Source: Callorhinchus milii
Lineage: Eukaryota
Reading direction: 5' to 3'
DNA: 64,000 nt
NCBI RefSeq assembly: GCF_018977255.1
Contig: NW_024704742.1
Coordinates: 67,768,001-67,832,000, forward strand
The translations under genes were made by a program, and so were the position numbers. The notes under the pieces were generated by a model. It made no database searches, was not told the DNA's origin, and saw only the letters and a program-made list of their open reading frames with translations. Numbering within the stretch: the first letter of the stretch is position 1; each line of letters opens with the position of its first letter. This document shows, piece by piece, positions 12,001-24,000 of the stretch.

Positions 12001-15000
12001 ATGTGTAGCCCAGCTGATCAGAAATAAAATATTCTGACAAGTGACTTCTCTGCTTAACTTTGCTTCCAGGGTTTTTAAGTAGTTACAATTCTAATTTCAA
12101 TCTTCATCACTTCTTGTTTTGTCTTTGTCTCTTTTACCATGAAGTGAAATGTTACCTGACAGACTGGAGACAGATTGTGTGTCGGCTCACACCCAAGAAA
12201 CTTGCCAAAATCTATAGAGCACCTTTGAATCTTAGTTAAGCAGCATAATCTTGGTTGACATAATCCTTGCGTTTGTCTTATCACGTCTTCGAGACGTCTT
12301 GAAGCGTTTCACAAAATATACTGTAAAATGAATTGACTATTTTTGTGGGTGAAACATGGCAGCCAATTGCACACAGCAGTGTCCCACAAACAGCCGTGGA
12401 TTGAATGACCCAATTTTTTTAAGGGATTATTACCCCCAGAAAAGCAATTTGCCAATCCACTAACAACCAGGTTCCTATTTACTGGCAAGGCAAGTGCTCT
12501 AACCACTAAGCTGGCTGTTGGGAAAGCAGTAGCTAGCCTTCATTTCTAACAGTGATTAATTCAATCTTTTAAAAGCTCTTAAAACAAACCCGAATAGAAA
12601 AAGAGACAACTTACTTGGCCTTCAGCAGTGAATTAGCTGCTCCATCTACAACCTTGCTACGGACAGTTAGTGCGTTCTCCAAGGCTCGCCACTGTTCAGA
12701 CTTCTTATCTATAGTCATCTGACAAAAGAGCAACCTAATAAATTACCGCGAGCAGGAGCTTCACACACATTTTCATAGATTTGTAGACAAGTGAAATCCT
12801 CTGAATCATTACTATTGGGTGAAACACCCAAGGGCTCTGAAGCACTCCCTCTGCCTGAAGGGCATTATATAAATGCAAATTGTTGATCTGTGACAACTAC
12901 ATTCATCACAAGCATCCTAGAAATTAGCACCAAACCTGGAACAAGTATATATACAAGTGAAGGCCTAAGTCTCTTTCTTCCCCTTTCTTAATATTCCTTT
13001 GGACCTTTACATTCACGTCACCCTCTGGTATTTCACCCAAGCAGCCAGTGTCCAGGCTTGAGCCTCAACTGCATGCATCAGCAGGCGATTTGATCCCGGA
13101 GTGACACCCCAAGCTCAATCCGGTCTTTAACCAACATCCACACACATTCAGGTCCATTAAGGTGTCACTTGATAGCAATTAGGAACAGGAACCCCATCTT
13201 ATTTTTCCTTTCCCTAATGCAGAGTGTTGAGGCTAATTCATAGCACCTTATTGCAGCCCCAGAGATTAGCCAACTCACAGCAAACCATGAATCAAACCTG
13301 GGACCTTCGCAATCTGTATGGCTTAGCTATTCACTGGATAAACTCCATTAGCCATGGGGAGTAAGTAGTCTAAAGAATCTTATCTAATAACCTCTAACTT
13401 CAAAAAACAGTGGAATCCCCTAAAACAGTTCTTAGGATGGATAAAATCCCAAGCCTCATTATGGCGAGACCCAATTGACGTCACCACTCACCTGACCGGT
13501 AATGTAACTGCATATGTGCGCAGAAACCCCAGCCAGCTCCCTTGGTGCATAAGAATGAATGGTATTTGACGCCTGCTTCAAAATGCATCGTTAGGCTTTA
13601 GCACTTCAAAATGAATAATCAGTGTGCTTTTCAATGCTACAATGTTGAACGTGATAGAGTATTGCTTTTTGCAACAGGACAAAAATCGCTTTCAATTGGC
13701 TTTTCGAGTTGAACGGCACAATGTTGGGATTTTCAAGTCAGGGAGGATAATTTCAGGGTTCCACATTACAATCAAAACTTGCTATAATGAAGTGTGTTAT
13801 AGCCGGGCTCGTGTAGGTGTTTTTTTGTAAAGATTTTACCTCAGAATTATCCATGGCTTCCTTTAACCTCTGGGCATGAGCATCAATGGCTTGCACTGCT
13901 GTGTCCTGAGTTTCAATGGCCTTGAGTGTTAACTGGGCACTTTTACCAAGGGCGTCCTCCAAAGATGATATTATTGCTTTGTGTTAAAAAAAAGACTATT
14001 TAAAATACAGCTTTACACACACACACAGTTTATTTTTAAAAAACAATACAAAATGTCCGGGAAAAATAGTCACCAAAATTCACTTGCCATCAATCTTGAC
14101 TTGCTCCTCTCGATCTTGTTGAGTTAGGCGTTTAGCAACCTCCTCGGGTGGACGTTCCTTTACTGCAGTGGGCTGGTCCTTTAAGGCATCGCAACCACAG
14201 CTCTCACCTTTGAACAACAAAAATAATAATAATTTGGTCACACAATCCAACGCTGTTTGTGTGACTCTGCTGTGCGCCACTGGCTGCCAAGTTTCGTCCA
14301 AAAAAAGTATATCAAACGCCAGGGTTATTATTATTATTAAAGTATTAATGTCTGAGTTTTCACCTTTCCAAACAGTGTACTCCTAACAACAGCCTAAATC
14401 TTCCATTAAAATCTGGACATTTAAACAAGATTGAGTAGTGGAGATTTTAACATGCTCGCTTCAAACCACTAACAATAATAACTTGTATAGCGCCCTTCAC
14501 ATCAAAAAGACATCCCAGAGGGCTGGACAGTCAGGGATTTGATCCAAGTAGGGTGTTGAGATCAGAGGGGTTGGAGGGCATGGAGAGGGTAGAGGTAGGA
14601 GGTTAGATGAATGTGCAGTCAAAGAGGAGGGTCTCGAGACGTGCTTTGAAGGAGGCAAGGGAGGGAGCAAAATGAAGGCACTGTGGGATGGAGTTACAAA
14701 GGGTGGGAGCAGAGAAACTGAAGGTCCAACCGCTGATGGTGAGGAGGGGTGGGGCGGGGACATGGAGCAGTCCAAGCCTGCTGAGCGGAGGCAGAGGACA
14801 GGTTGATATGGGATTAGCAGATCACAGAGGTAGGAAGCAGCAAGGCCTTGGAGGGACTTGAAAGCAAGGATGAGGATTTTGAACTCTATCCACTGGGGGA
14901 TGGTGAGACAGTAGTATCGGGCGAGAGTGGGAGTAATGGGGTCACGGAGCCTGGTGCAGGAGACGACGCGCTGCAGATTTCTGGATGAGATGAGTTCTGA

Positions 15001-18000
15001 TGTGATGAACCCGTGGATGAGGATTTTGGCGGCCTGAGGGGAGAGGCAGTGACGGAGCCAGGTGATGTTGTGGAGGTGGGGGAGGGCAGAGCGGGTCATG
15101 ACACTGATGTGGGGTAGAAAGGACAGTCGAGGGTCAAACAAGACGCCAAGGTTCCGGACTGGCTTAGTGGGGTGGAGTATGCATCCATGGATGGTGATGC
15201 CTCCAGTGCCGGTGGTGTGGAGGAGTTGATGGGAGCCACTCAAGAGAGCCTCGGTCTCCTATGTTCAATTGTAGAAAGTTCGCTCTCATCCAGGACTTGA
15301 TGTCTGACAGACATTCTGTCAGGACAGCAGTGGTCCTGAGTCGAGGGTGGAGGCAGAGAGATAGAGTTGAGTGTCATCTGCATACATGTGGAAGTTGACC
15401 CCTTGTCTGTGGATGTCGCTAAGAGGAAGCATATACAAGTTGAAGAGGAGAGGACCGAGGACAGAGCCCTGAGGAACACCGCACAAGACGGTGTGGGGGC
15501 TGGAGAAGCTGTTGTGGCTTTGGGACTTACTATTTGTACGTGCAACAAGTTTGACTAATTTTTTAATCAAGTGAAATGCTTCAAGTTCAAGTAGAACTTT
15601 CCCTCTTCCCTTTGTGGGCAGAAATCATTCCAGATTTTCCCTCTTCAATTTGTTCTCCCACTGGATTATTGCTGACATCAATATAATATCCATTGCTCCT
15701 TTTCTCCTCTGTGGTCAGGTCAGGTCTATAGCTGACAGGTACAGATATTTCCTCTCTCTGTTGCTACGTTTACTGCAGGTTGATACATGCACAGTCCTGC
15801 TCTGTTGCTGGGGCTACTGCTGTCCGGATAATACAGCCATGTTCATTTTGTTTCTATGATGACTACCGGCAGGAGGATTCTGCTGCTGGGACCACTGCTG
15901 CCAGGATGATACAGGCACACTCTGTGTTGCTCTCAGTCTCTTTCTCTCTGTGTCTTTCGCTGACTCTTGATGACAAAATTGAACTGGCTGACTATCTTCT
16001 GGTCTGCGTCTGAATTTTTAAACCACAGCCCATCTTCTCTGTTGACAGTTCCACACATAAAAGTAGAATTGAACTGCAGGGGCCAATGGAAGAGGCTTTA
16101 GAGAAGCAACATTACGAAGCAGCAAATTTCCGACTGAATAAAGCATGGTCCTTTGAGGTGTTTTACAGCTATTTGTTTGATTTTAATTTCTGGACATGAA
16201 GGTCTTGATCTATAAAAATGGATTTACATAAATTGCGTTTTGTGTGCTGAGTGAGTGAGTAGAATGAGCAGAGAGAGAAGAAATGGAGGCTTGGTTTGTA
16301 AATACGTATACTGTACTTACCAGGCACTGCACTTGGAAGAGGTTTGTGTTCCATTTGATGCTCAGACTTGGATTCTGAGCTGTGCTGATGGACAGGGGGA
16401 CTGGATTTATCTTGGAGAGCAGAGGCGGGCACAGACGGAACATCGCCAATGGCAGAAATGATTGCAGCGGCATCTTTGGGTGCACCTGAAAACAGGGTGG
16501 AGTTTAGGGTAGGCAGGGGAGAGGCGTTACACAGCTTCAAATACAGGAGCTTTAGGGAAAACTGTTCAGACAAAAGGCCCTCCTTATTTCACACCTCTAT
16601 GTTCCCTAAAGAAAATCGAGGGAAATGTGTAAAATCCTTTTGGAAACCTTCTTCATATACGCACATTTTTCACAACTCTTCCTTTTATGCCTTTCTCTCC
16701 TTATATAATTAGCTCCTTCCTTTTATGCCTAGCTATTTCAAACTTATTTTCTACATCTCCTTTCTTTGTCCTCACCATTTGCTTTTCAATTTCTCAACTT
16801 TTGCAATTTTCGTTCATTAAACCTAGTCCATTCCTTCACTCTTTCTTACATTTTGTTCTTGCTCGTCTCTCTTTTTGGGCCTCCATTTCTTCTTTTCACT
16901 TCTTTGATTTATTTTTCTGTGCTCTTTGTTCTCTCGTTTTCCCTACCACCTTGTTACTGCTTCCGCCTCCTCCTCTGCTAGTCCCAAAAATCCATGATAT
17001 CCAATAAAGTCATATTTGAAAGTCACAAAGGCATACATTTGATCCAAAGCCTATCCTAATACCCTCCGGCTTACCAGACGGACTCCAGGTATCCGAAACT
17101 CAAGCCTAGCTTATTTGCTATATTCTGCTCTCGGGATTCAAGCAATAACAATGCCACGACCTAGCTGGGGTTTAAGGGTATTGGTGAAAGATGGTAGGTT
17201 CTTCTTTCAATTCCTCCTTTCCACAAGAAAAAGAGGTAGAAAGGCAGGCAGGCACAGGCAGACAGGCAGGCACAGGCAGACAGGCAGGTACAGGCAGACA
17301 GGCACAGACACACTTGGACAGACAGAACAGAATACAGGCTGACAGGTAAACAAAAGACCCCAAAAATTTGCACTTATAAAGTTCCCTTCTGGAGGCAGAA
17401 AATTCCAACATTACTCGCACAATTTTTCTCCCAGCCCCAATGAATCTGAACGCTTGGGGCTAAATGCATTACCATGCACAAATATACTCAAAACAAAAAA
17501 TATCACAGCAGTGCAGCATTTCTGCCTATCATCACTTGCACTTCCACTCCATACAAGTGGAGCATTAATTTACTGGAAGGCTCATCTCTACTGCATCACA
17601 CATATTTTTCTTCAGCGATTGCAATGAACTAATTTAAAATAAAAGCAGAAAAACGAGGGAAACGCACTGCAAATCAAGCAGCATGAGAAACAGCAAGATA
17701 GTCTACTGTTTCACCTTAATGTCAATCAACCAGCTGTGTTATTTCCAGCATGTGCTTAAAAATTCAGATTTCTAGAACACATATTTTCATTTTTTTATAA
17801 ATAATTAATGTGCGCGGTGTAATATTTTATATAAGACTTAGAATTACTTTCTTCCCCAGTCTCTTCTTTAGCTGGCTCGCTCCTCTCCCGACTGAACATG
17901 GATTTGGGTTGTTTGGAATCTTTAATCGCCTCGCTATGAGTTGGGATTTTCAACGGACCCTGCGCCTCCTTGTAAGAACAAAAACACAAAGTAATTAAGT

Positions 18001-21000
18001 TAAGCCACGAATTGCTGTTTAAAATCTTCCAAATGTGACTAATAAATACAGAAAATGCTTGGCCCGGTCAGATTTCCAAAAAGTCACTACAATTTCCAGT
18101 ATATCATGTGAGACGTACTCCCACAGTGAAAGGCACTATATCAAATTCAAGGATTATTATTTCTCCCGAGATCCAATTTTGTATCACAAACCCAACCCAC
18201 ACTATGACAAGGTTTAGTTTCATTCAGCACAATGGATTCTAGCTTTAATAAGTAAAGGTTTTTCTACCAGTTAGAAATTCTCACATGAAAAATGCAAAAT
18301 GGCAATTAATTGACTGAGAAACCAGATTTAAAAAGTGCACTATAAGCGCCCCGAAATGCCGTCCGGCATGAAGGGCGTTATATAAATGCAAGTTGTTGTT
18401 GTTGTTGGTGCCTGGGCTGGATTTGAAGTTGTGGGAGAGGAGGGGCAACATATAAAATAGGAAAACAAGAGAAGAAAAACAATATAATCAATCCCAGCCC
18501 ACAGGCCTGAAATCCCTTAGCTTCATGATCATTGTCTTAACTGACAACCTAGAAGTCACCATCTTTACCTTCTTCCTAAGAACATTAGTTGTAGGATAAT
18601 GGACCCAAATAACTGTGTTTATAGGGGATTTGACCTGCATCTTCAAACTCCCCTTTCTTTGGTAACAACAACTTGTACTTAAATAGCACCCTTCACCCAG
18701 GGCAGTCTCTGAGAGCGCTTAACAATGGCGGGGCCTGACTCCGAGCTGGGGTAGTGTGGGGGGGCAGTCGAAAAGAAAGGTTTTAAGGCGGGACTTGATA
18801 AAGGGGAGAGAAGTGGCAAGGCAGAGGAAATGAAGGAGAGTGGTCCAAAGTTTTGGGGGATAGTGGCTGAAAGGGAGACCTCCAATGGTAAATCGGAGGG
18901 AGCAAGAGACAAGCAGGAGGCCAGTACCAGTCGAACTGAAGCACCGGGTGGTGGATTGGGGAGTGAGGAGGTCAGAGAGGTAGGGAGGTGCCAGGGAGTG
19001 AAAAGATTTGAACACGAGTGTGAGGACCTTGAAGTCGATCGGTTTGGTGATGGGGAGCCAGTGGAGCCTGGCCAGAACTGATGAGATGTGGGTACCGAGT
19101 TTGGTCCTGGTCAGTATGTGGGCAACAGAGTTCTGAATGAGCTGGATTTGTGAACGGTGGAGCTGGGGAGATCAGCGAGGGGTGCGTTTGAATAATCCAA
19201 GCGGGAGGTGACAAACTCATGTACGAGTATTTCGGCTGCATTTGGGATACGGTACGGTTAGAGGCAGGCAATGTGGTGGAGGTGGAAGAAGGGGTCCTGG
19301 TCAGGGACCGGATGTAGGGGAAGGAAGGACAGCTGGGGGTCAAACTGGACGCCTAGATTGCACACTGATTCGGTGAGTCTGAGGGAGAGCCCAGGGAGGT
19401 TGAGGAGTTTATATCCGCAGGAGTGAAGATATTGACGGGGGCCAACGAGTACGGATTCCGTCTTGTCCACATTCAGCTGCAGGAAGTTTACACTCATCCA
19501 GGCCCTGATGTCTGCCAGACAAACTGATAGAACATTGGCGAACCTGGAGTCGATGCTGGAGGAGGCAACGTACATTTGTGTGTCATCTGCATACATGCGG
19601 ATATTCACCCCATTTCTGCGGATGACAACGCCAAGAGGGAGCATATAGATCAGGAAAAGAAGGGGGCCATGGATGGATTTGGGGTACCCTATAAGTGACA
19701 GGGCGGGAGCAGGAGGAGAAACTATTTGTCGAGATAAAATGGAGGCAGTTTGTTGAGGAGGACTCGAACCATTCGAATGTGGTCCCACTAAGGTGGATGA
19801 GGGAGGAGAGGCGGTGGAGGAGGGAGAGGGAGCCCTGGTCACAAATAGAGAGGGCGTAGTTTGTGACTTTGACAAGCGCTGTCTCTGTGCTGTGGGCAGG
19901 ACATAAACCAGACTGCAGGGGCTCAAAGAGGGAGTGGAGGGAGAGGTGTGACCAAAATTGACCTGCAACAATGCGTTCCAGGACTTTGGCAAGGAAGGGC
20001 AGGTTGGAGATGGGATGGTAGTTTGCGAGTTTAGAGGGATTGAGGGTGGGTTTTTTGAGGAGGGGTGTGATGGCAGCGGTTTTCAGGGGGAGTGGAATAG
20101 AACCTGAGGAGAGAGAGCATTTTTGAGGGACTGAGATGGAAGCTTTTACCAGGGTGGAAAAAAATGGTGGGGGGCTTGCAAGAGGGGAGGGGTATGTGGG
20201 AGGAGACGGAGATGAGGAAGTGGTCCGAGAAGGCCTTGTCTGGGATGCACAGGTCGGAAATGTCACGGCCATGTGTGATGATGAGGTCGAGGGGGTGGCC
20301 ACGGTTGTGGGTCGGCGAGTTGTTGTGAAGGGTGAAGTTTAGGGAGAAGAGGGCAATAAAATCCAAGGAGGTGGTGCAAGGGGAGTTTAGATGGAGGTTG
20401 AAATCACCCACTATGAGCAGGTATTCAGTGCAGAGGGACAGGGATGAGAGGAGAAAGAAAATATCGGTGAGGAAGGACCCAGGAGGTTTGTGGTGGGGGG
20501 CGTTAAACTAGGATGATTTTGAAAAAGAGAAGGGATGGTAGACGGTGAGGTGCTCAAAGGAGGAGAAACAGACAGAGGAATAGGGGGATAGACAAAGGGA
20601 AGCTTGGGAGATGAGGGCCACCCCACTGCCATGTTGGTTGGGTTGGGGGCTGTGATGAAAAGTACAGCCAGGAGGGGAGGCTTCAATGAGATGGAGTCAC
20701 TGGGGGACAGCCAGGTTTTCGTAAGCCCAAGAATATCAATGTGCTCATCAAGGATAAGGTCATGGATAGTAAGGGCTTTATTGGAGAGGGAGCGGACATT
20801 TTGAAGGGAAATGCGAATAGATTTGCTGGTGGGGGGGTGGAGGAGAGTGCTATAGAGAGGATTTGAGGTCATGGGGGAGAAATGACCTTGAAGTTTGAGG
20901 AGCAGAGAAAGTTGAGGAGGCTATGGATGAGGGAGGGTAAGGGGTGTTTGCCTTTCGGAGGTGATTGGTGCCGAGATAGTGAATGATGGGACAGTTGGGG

Positions 21001-24000
21001 TGGCTGCTCTGGGACAACCAATATCAGGAAACGCGATGGGCATGGCAGAGGTTGCCCAAGCTGGAGCAGAGGGAGGTAATGGTGGGGTACAGGAGAGAGA
21101 GAAGACGAGGAGGGCGGTGGGAGAAAAGGACTGAGTGGGATTAGCGGATTAGCGGAACATTTTCAAGGATAACCCACAAAGTCTTTATAAATCTTTGATA
21201 TATATTAACCTACATAAAAGACGCAAATAGATAGAAGTTGTTGTTGAAAGTACAGAGTTTCCGATGGCTTTACATACCTGTTTCTTTGGCACAGGCAAAC
21301 TGTGTGAGGCAGGACCAAGGGCCAGGTTGAAAAGTTTGTCAGTGTAGGGGACAGTCTTCTCTACGTTCTCTCGGAATTTGGGATCCCATTTAGCATATAG
21401 CATAGTGCCACCAATGCCTCCTCCAACAAACAGGACTCCTGTTCCTATAATTTTTCCTGCTAAGGAGCTGTGTTATTTTAAACACACAAAAAAATTATGA
21501 ACAATTTACATTGCAAACACAAATGTATTGATGGATTAAAAACAGCCTTTTAACCAGAAGCACATAACAGTGTCTTGTTCACAAGTGATACAGTACTCCT
21601 TTTCCATCCAATAATGTTACACAACACTCGCAAGCTAACATTCGGAGTACGTGAGGATACTCCCAGACACTAAATTAATAACTAGATAAACTTTATCTGA
21701 TTTTATTCCTCAAGTTTATAAATGCGTGTGGATAATAAAAAACACATGATGATTACAATCATATAAACTCCTTTGTCAAATAATAGTGCTTCACAGCCTT
21801 GACAAGCTTTCTTGTACCTTCACAAGCATGATCAGCATTCGCAAAAAGATTTCTTGTAACCTTTCAATTTTTTTTAAAAAAAAGTTTTAAAACTATGATT
21901 CCTTAATCCGACCACAAATACAGTGGTATCATGTACCACAAATGATAAAAGGGCAAAAGGAGGGGCAAAACCTGAGCGTAAGTGGGGGTCAGTTCCACAT
22001 GGCCAAGCATCACACTATAGATCCACCAGCAGACCTAACCCTAACCCTAACCCTGATGACCAGTCACATCTGCCCTTTATGGAACAATGTACCTCTCATC
22101 TCAAAGCCGTTTCCCTTTCAGAACGGCCACGTTCTTTTGACTTCTGAGGCCAAGGTTCTGACAACTAATCAAACATATCCATTGAAGCAAGCCTTTAAAT
22201 AAACAATCGTTTCCAATTCATGGTTTGTCATTTACACAAAGGTTACTTTTTTAAAAAAAAACCCAAAAGCCCATACATACCCCGAGGTGCTTCCAGTAGT
22301 GTACCGACGACATTGCTGCAAAGGACGGAGCTGCCATTTACCACAGAGGCACTTCTGGTGTTGGGGGGGGGGGGGGGGGTGGGTTGAATGGAGGCGGAAT
22401 AAAAACAGAACATGCCTTTAATAAAATCTAGCTATCTAGAAAAATACTTTACAGTCAATTATTTTTGCATTGTGCTGTAGAGAAAACACTGTATGGATGA
22501 AAGGCTATCTATTCCCCAGAACTACAAGGCAATTAAATCACAAAAAATAGAGTACATCCATGAATATGTCCTTAAACCATACAGTAATGCTGCCATTATA
22601 TTTTTGGTATCAAATTAGCATTAAGGAGTTACCTGAACTATTTTGCAGCAATTTTTTCTCCATAAGCAGAACAATTTGGATTGTTACAAACGTAACAAAA
22701 AGCTGAATGTAATACAGTGAAACGCATTGTGCAGCTGCATCACTGACTTCAGCTCACCATTCCTTGTTTGCTGTTCAAAGGTAGTAATTACAGAAAATCA
22801 AACGCAGTTAGATGCCAAACTTTTTTAGCAGAGGGTGGGTGGAGGAAGTAACGGATCCTGGGACCGAGCCAGGGGGAGGGGGAGGAAGGTGACCAAAGGC
22901 GCGGTCGAAGAGAAAGTGTCAACAGGGACCTGAAAACAGGAAGAGAGGGGGCGAGGCGAAGGGCGTGAGGAAGGGAATTCCAGAGCCTCGGGGCATAGTG
23001 GCTGAAGGCTCGGCCGCCGAGGCTGGACCAGAGCACTTGGGGGACGAGGAGGAGGCCAGACTGAGAGGAACGAAGGCATCGGGTACTATTTTGAGGAGAG
23101 AGCAGGTCAGAGAGGTAGGGGATGCAGAGGAGTGGAGGGATTTGTATACAAGGGTGAGGATCATGAAGTCAATCCTCTGTGGGACAGGCAGCCAGTGCAG
23201 TCTGGCAAGGACTGGGGTGACTGGGAGCAGAGTTTGTACTATCAGAGATGTACTATCATCTATACTCATTTTCAATGGAGAATTTGATTACCATCCACAC
23301 AAACTAACCCAACAATAGAATTTGGTATTTCTGTTCCATATTCATAATTGCAGAAAAATGACAGATCTAAATTATTTGCAGAGCCCACCGTTAACTCTTG
23401 TGTCAGGAGAAAACAGAACAGGTTTAATAAATGTAAGAAAGTACGAATTCATGAGCAAACACAAACTGCAGGTTGTACGAGTTAACTCATTGTGCTTTGA
23501 CGCTGAGCATGTTGATCTCGGTGAACACCAACATAACTGCTGCAGTCTAATCTATCATGATTAGATTGGCTGATGCGTTTTGCCCATAAAATATACAGTC
23601 TACAACACATTCCGTGAAACGCTTTCAGGCGTCTCAACCATGTGATAAGGTGCTATATCAAATGCAAGGATTATTATTCGCCTTCTTCAGTTCAAATTTT
23701 TTCCTATGTTTTGTATGAAAACCGAGCTTCTGCTTTTGCATTAATGATGAGTGAATCCACATAGTTGATAATGGTTTCTGAGCTCAGGAAGCTGTGAGCA
23801 GACAGGGAAATATGGGCTGAGGAGTATCCTAGGCCAGGGTTTGAATATTTTGATGTGTAGTTGATATGTGAGAACCGTATGCCTTTCTCACCTTGAAATA
23901 ATCCAGTTCCACAAGATTCATTAACTGAAAGCTCTAGAACTGCTGCAGATTGGTCAATTTCCACAAGAAGCGTGACAGAATGACCCAATTTTTAATTATC

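Noticed and set aside
15560..16135. Additional coding IMMT exon
   Set aside because: Stops in all frames from the candidate acceptors; exons 5 and 6 already join in frame.
16560..17010. Hydrophobic ORFs at 16687-17007 and 16766-16981
   Set aside because: Artefact of T/C-rich sequence; the opposite strand looks like a heavily decayed LINE fragment (PKGFY-like motif) with many stops.
19258..20872. Long ORFs of 126-244 aa as a functional retrotransposon gene
   Set aside because: Multiple frameshifts and an internal deletion between the EN and RT domains indicate a dead L2.
22034..22054. (CCCTAA)3 telomere-like repeat
   Set aside because: Too short to call an interstitial telomere; such runs are common inside fish repeats.
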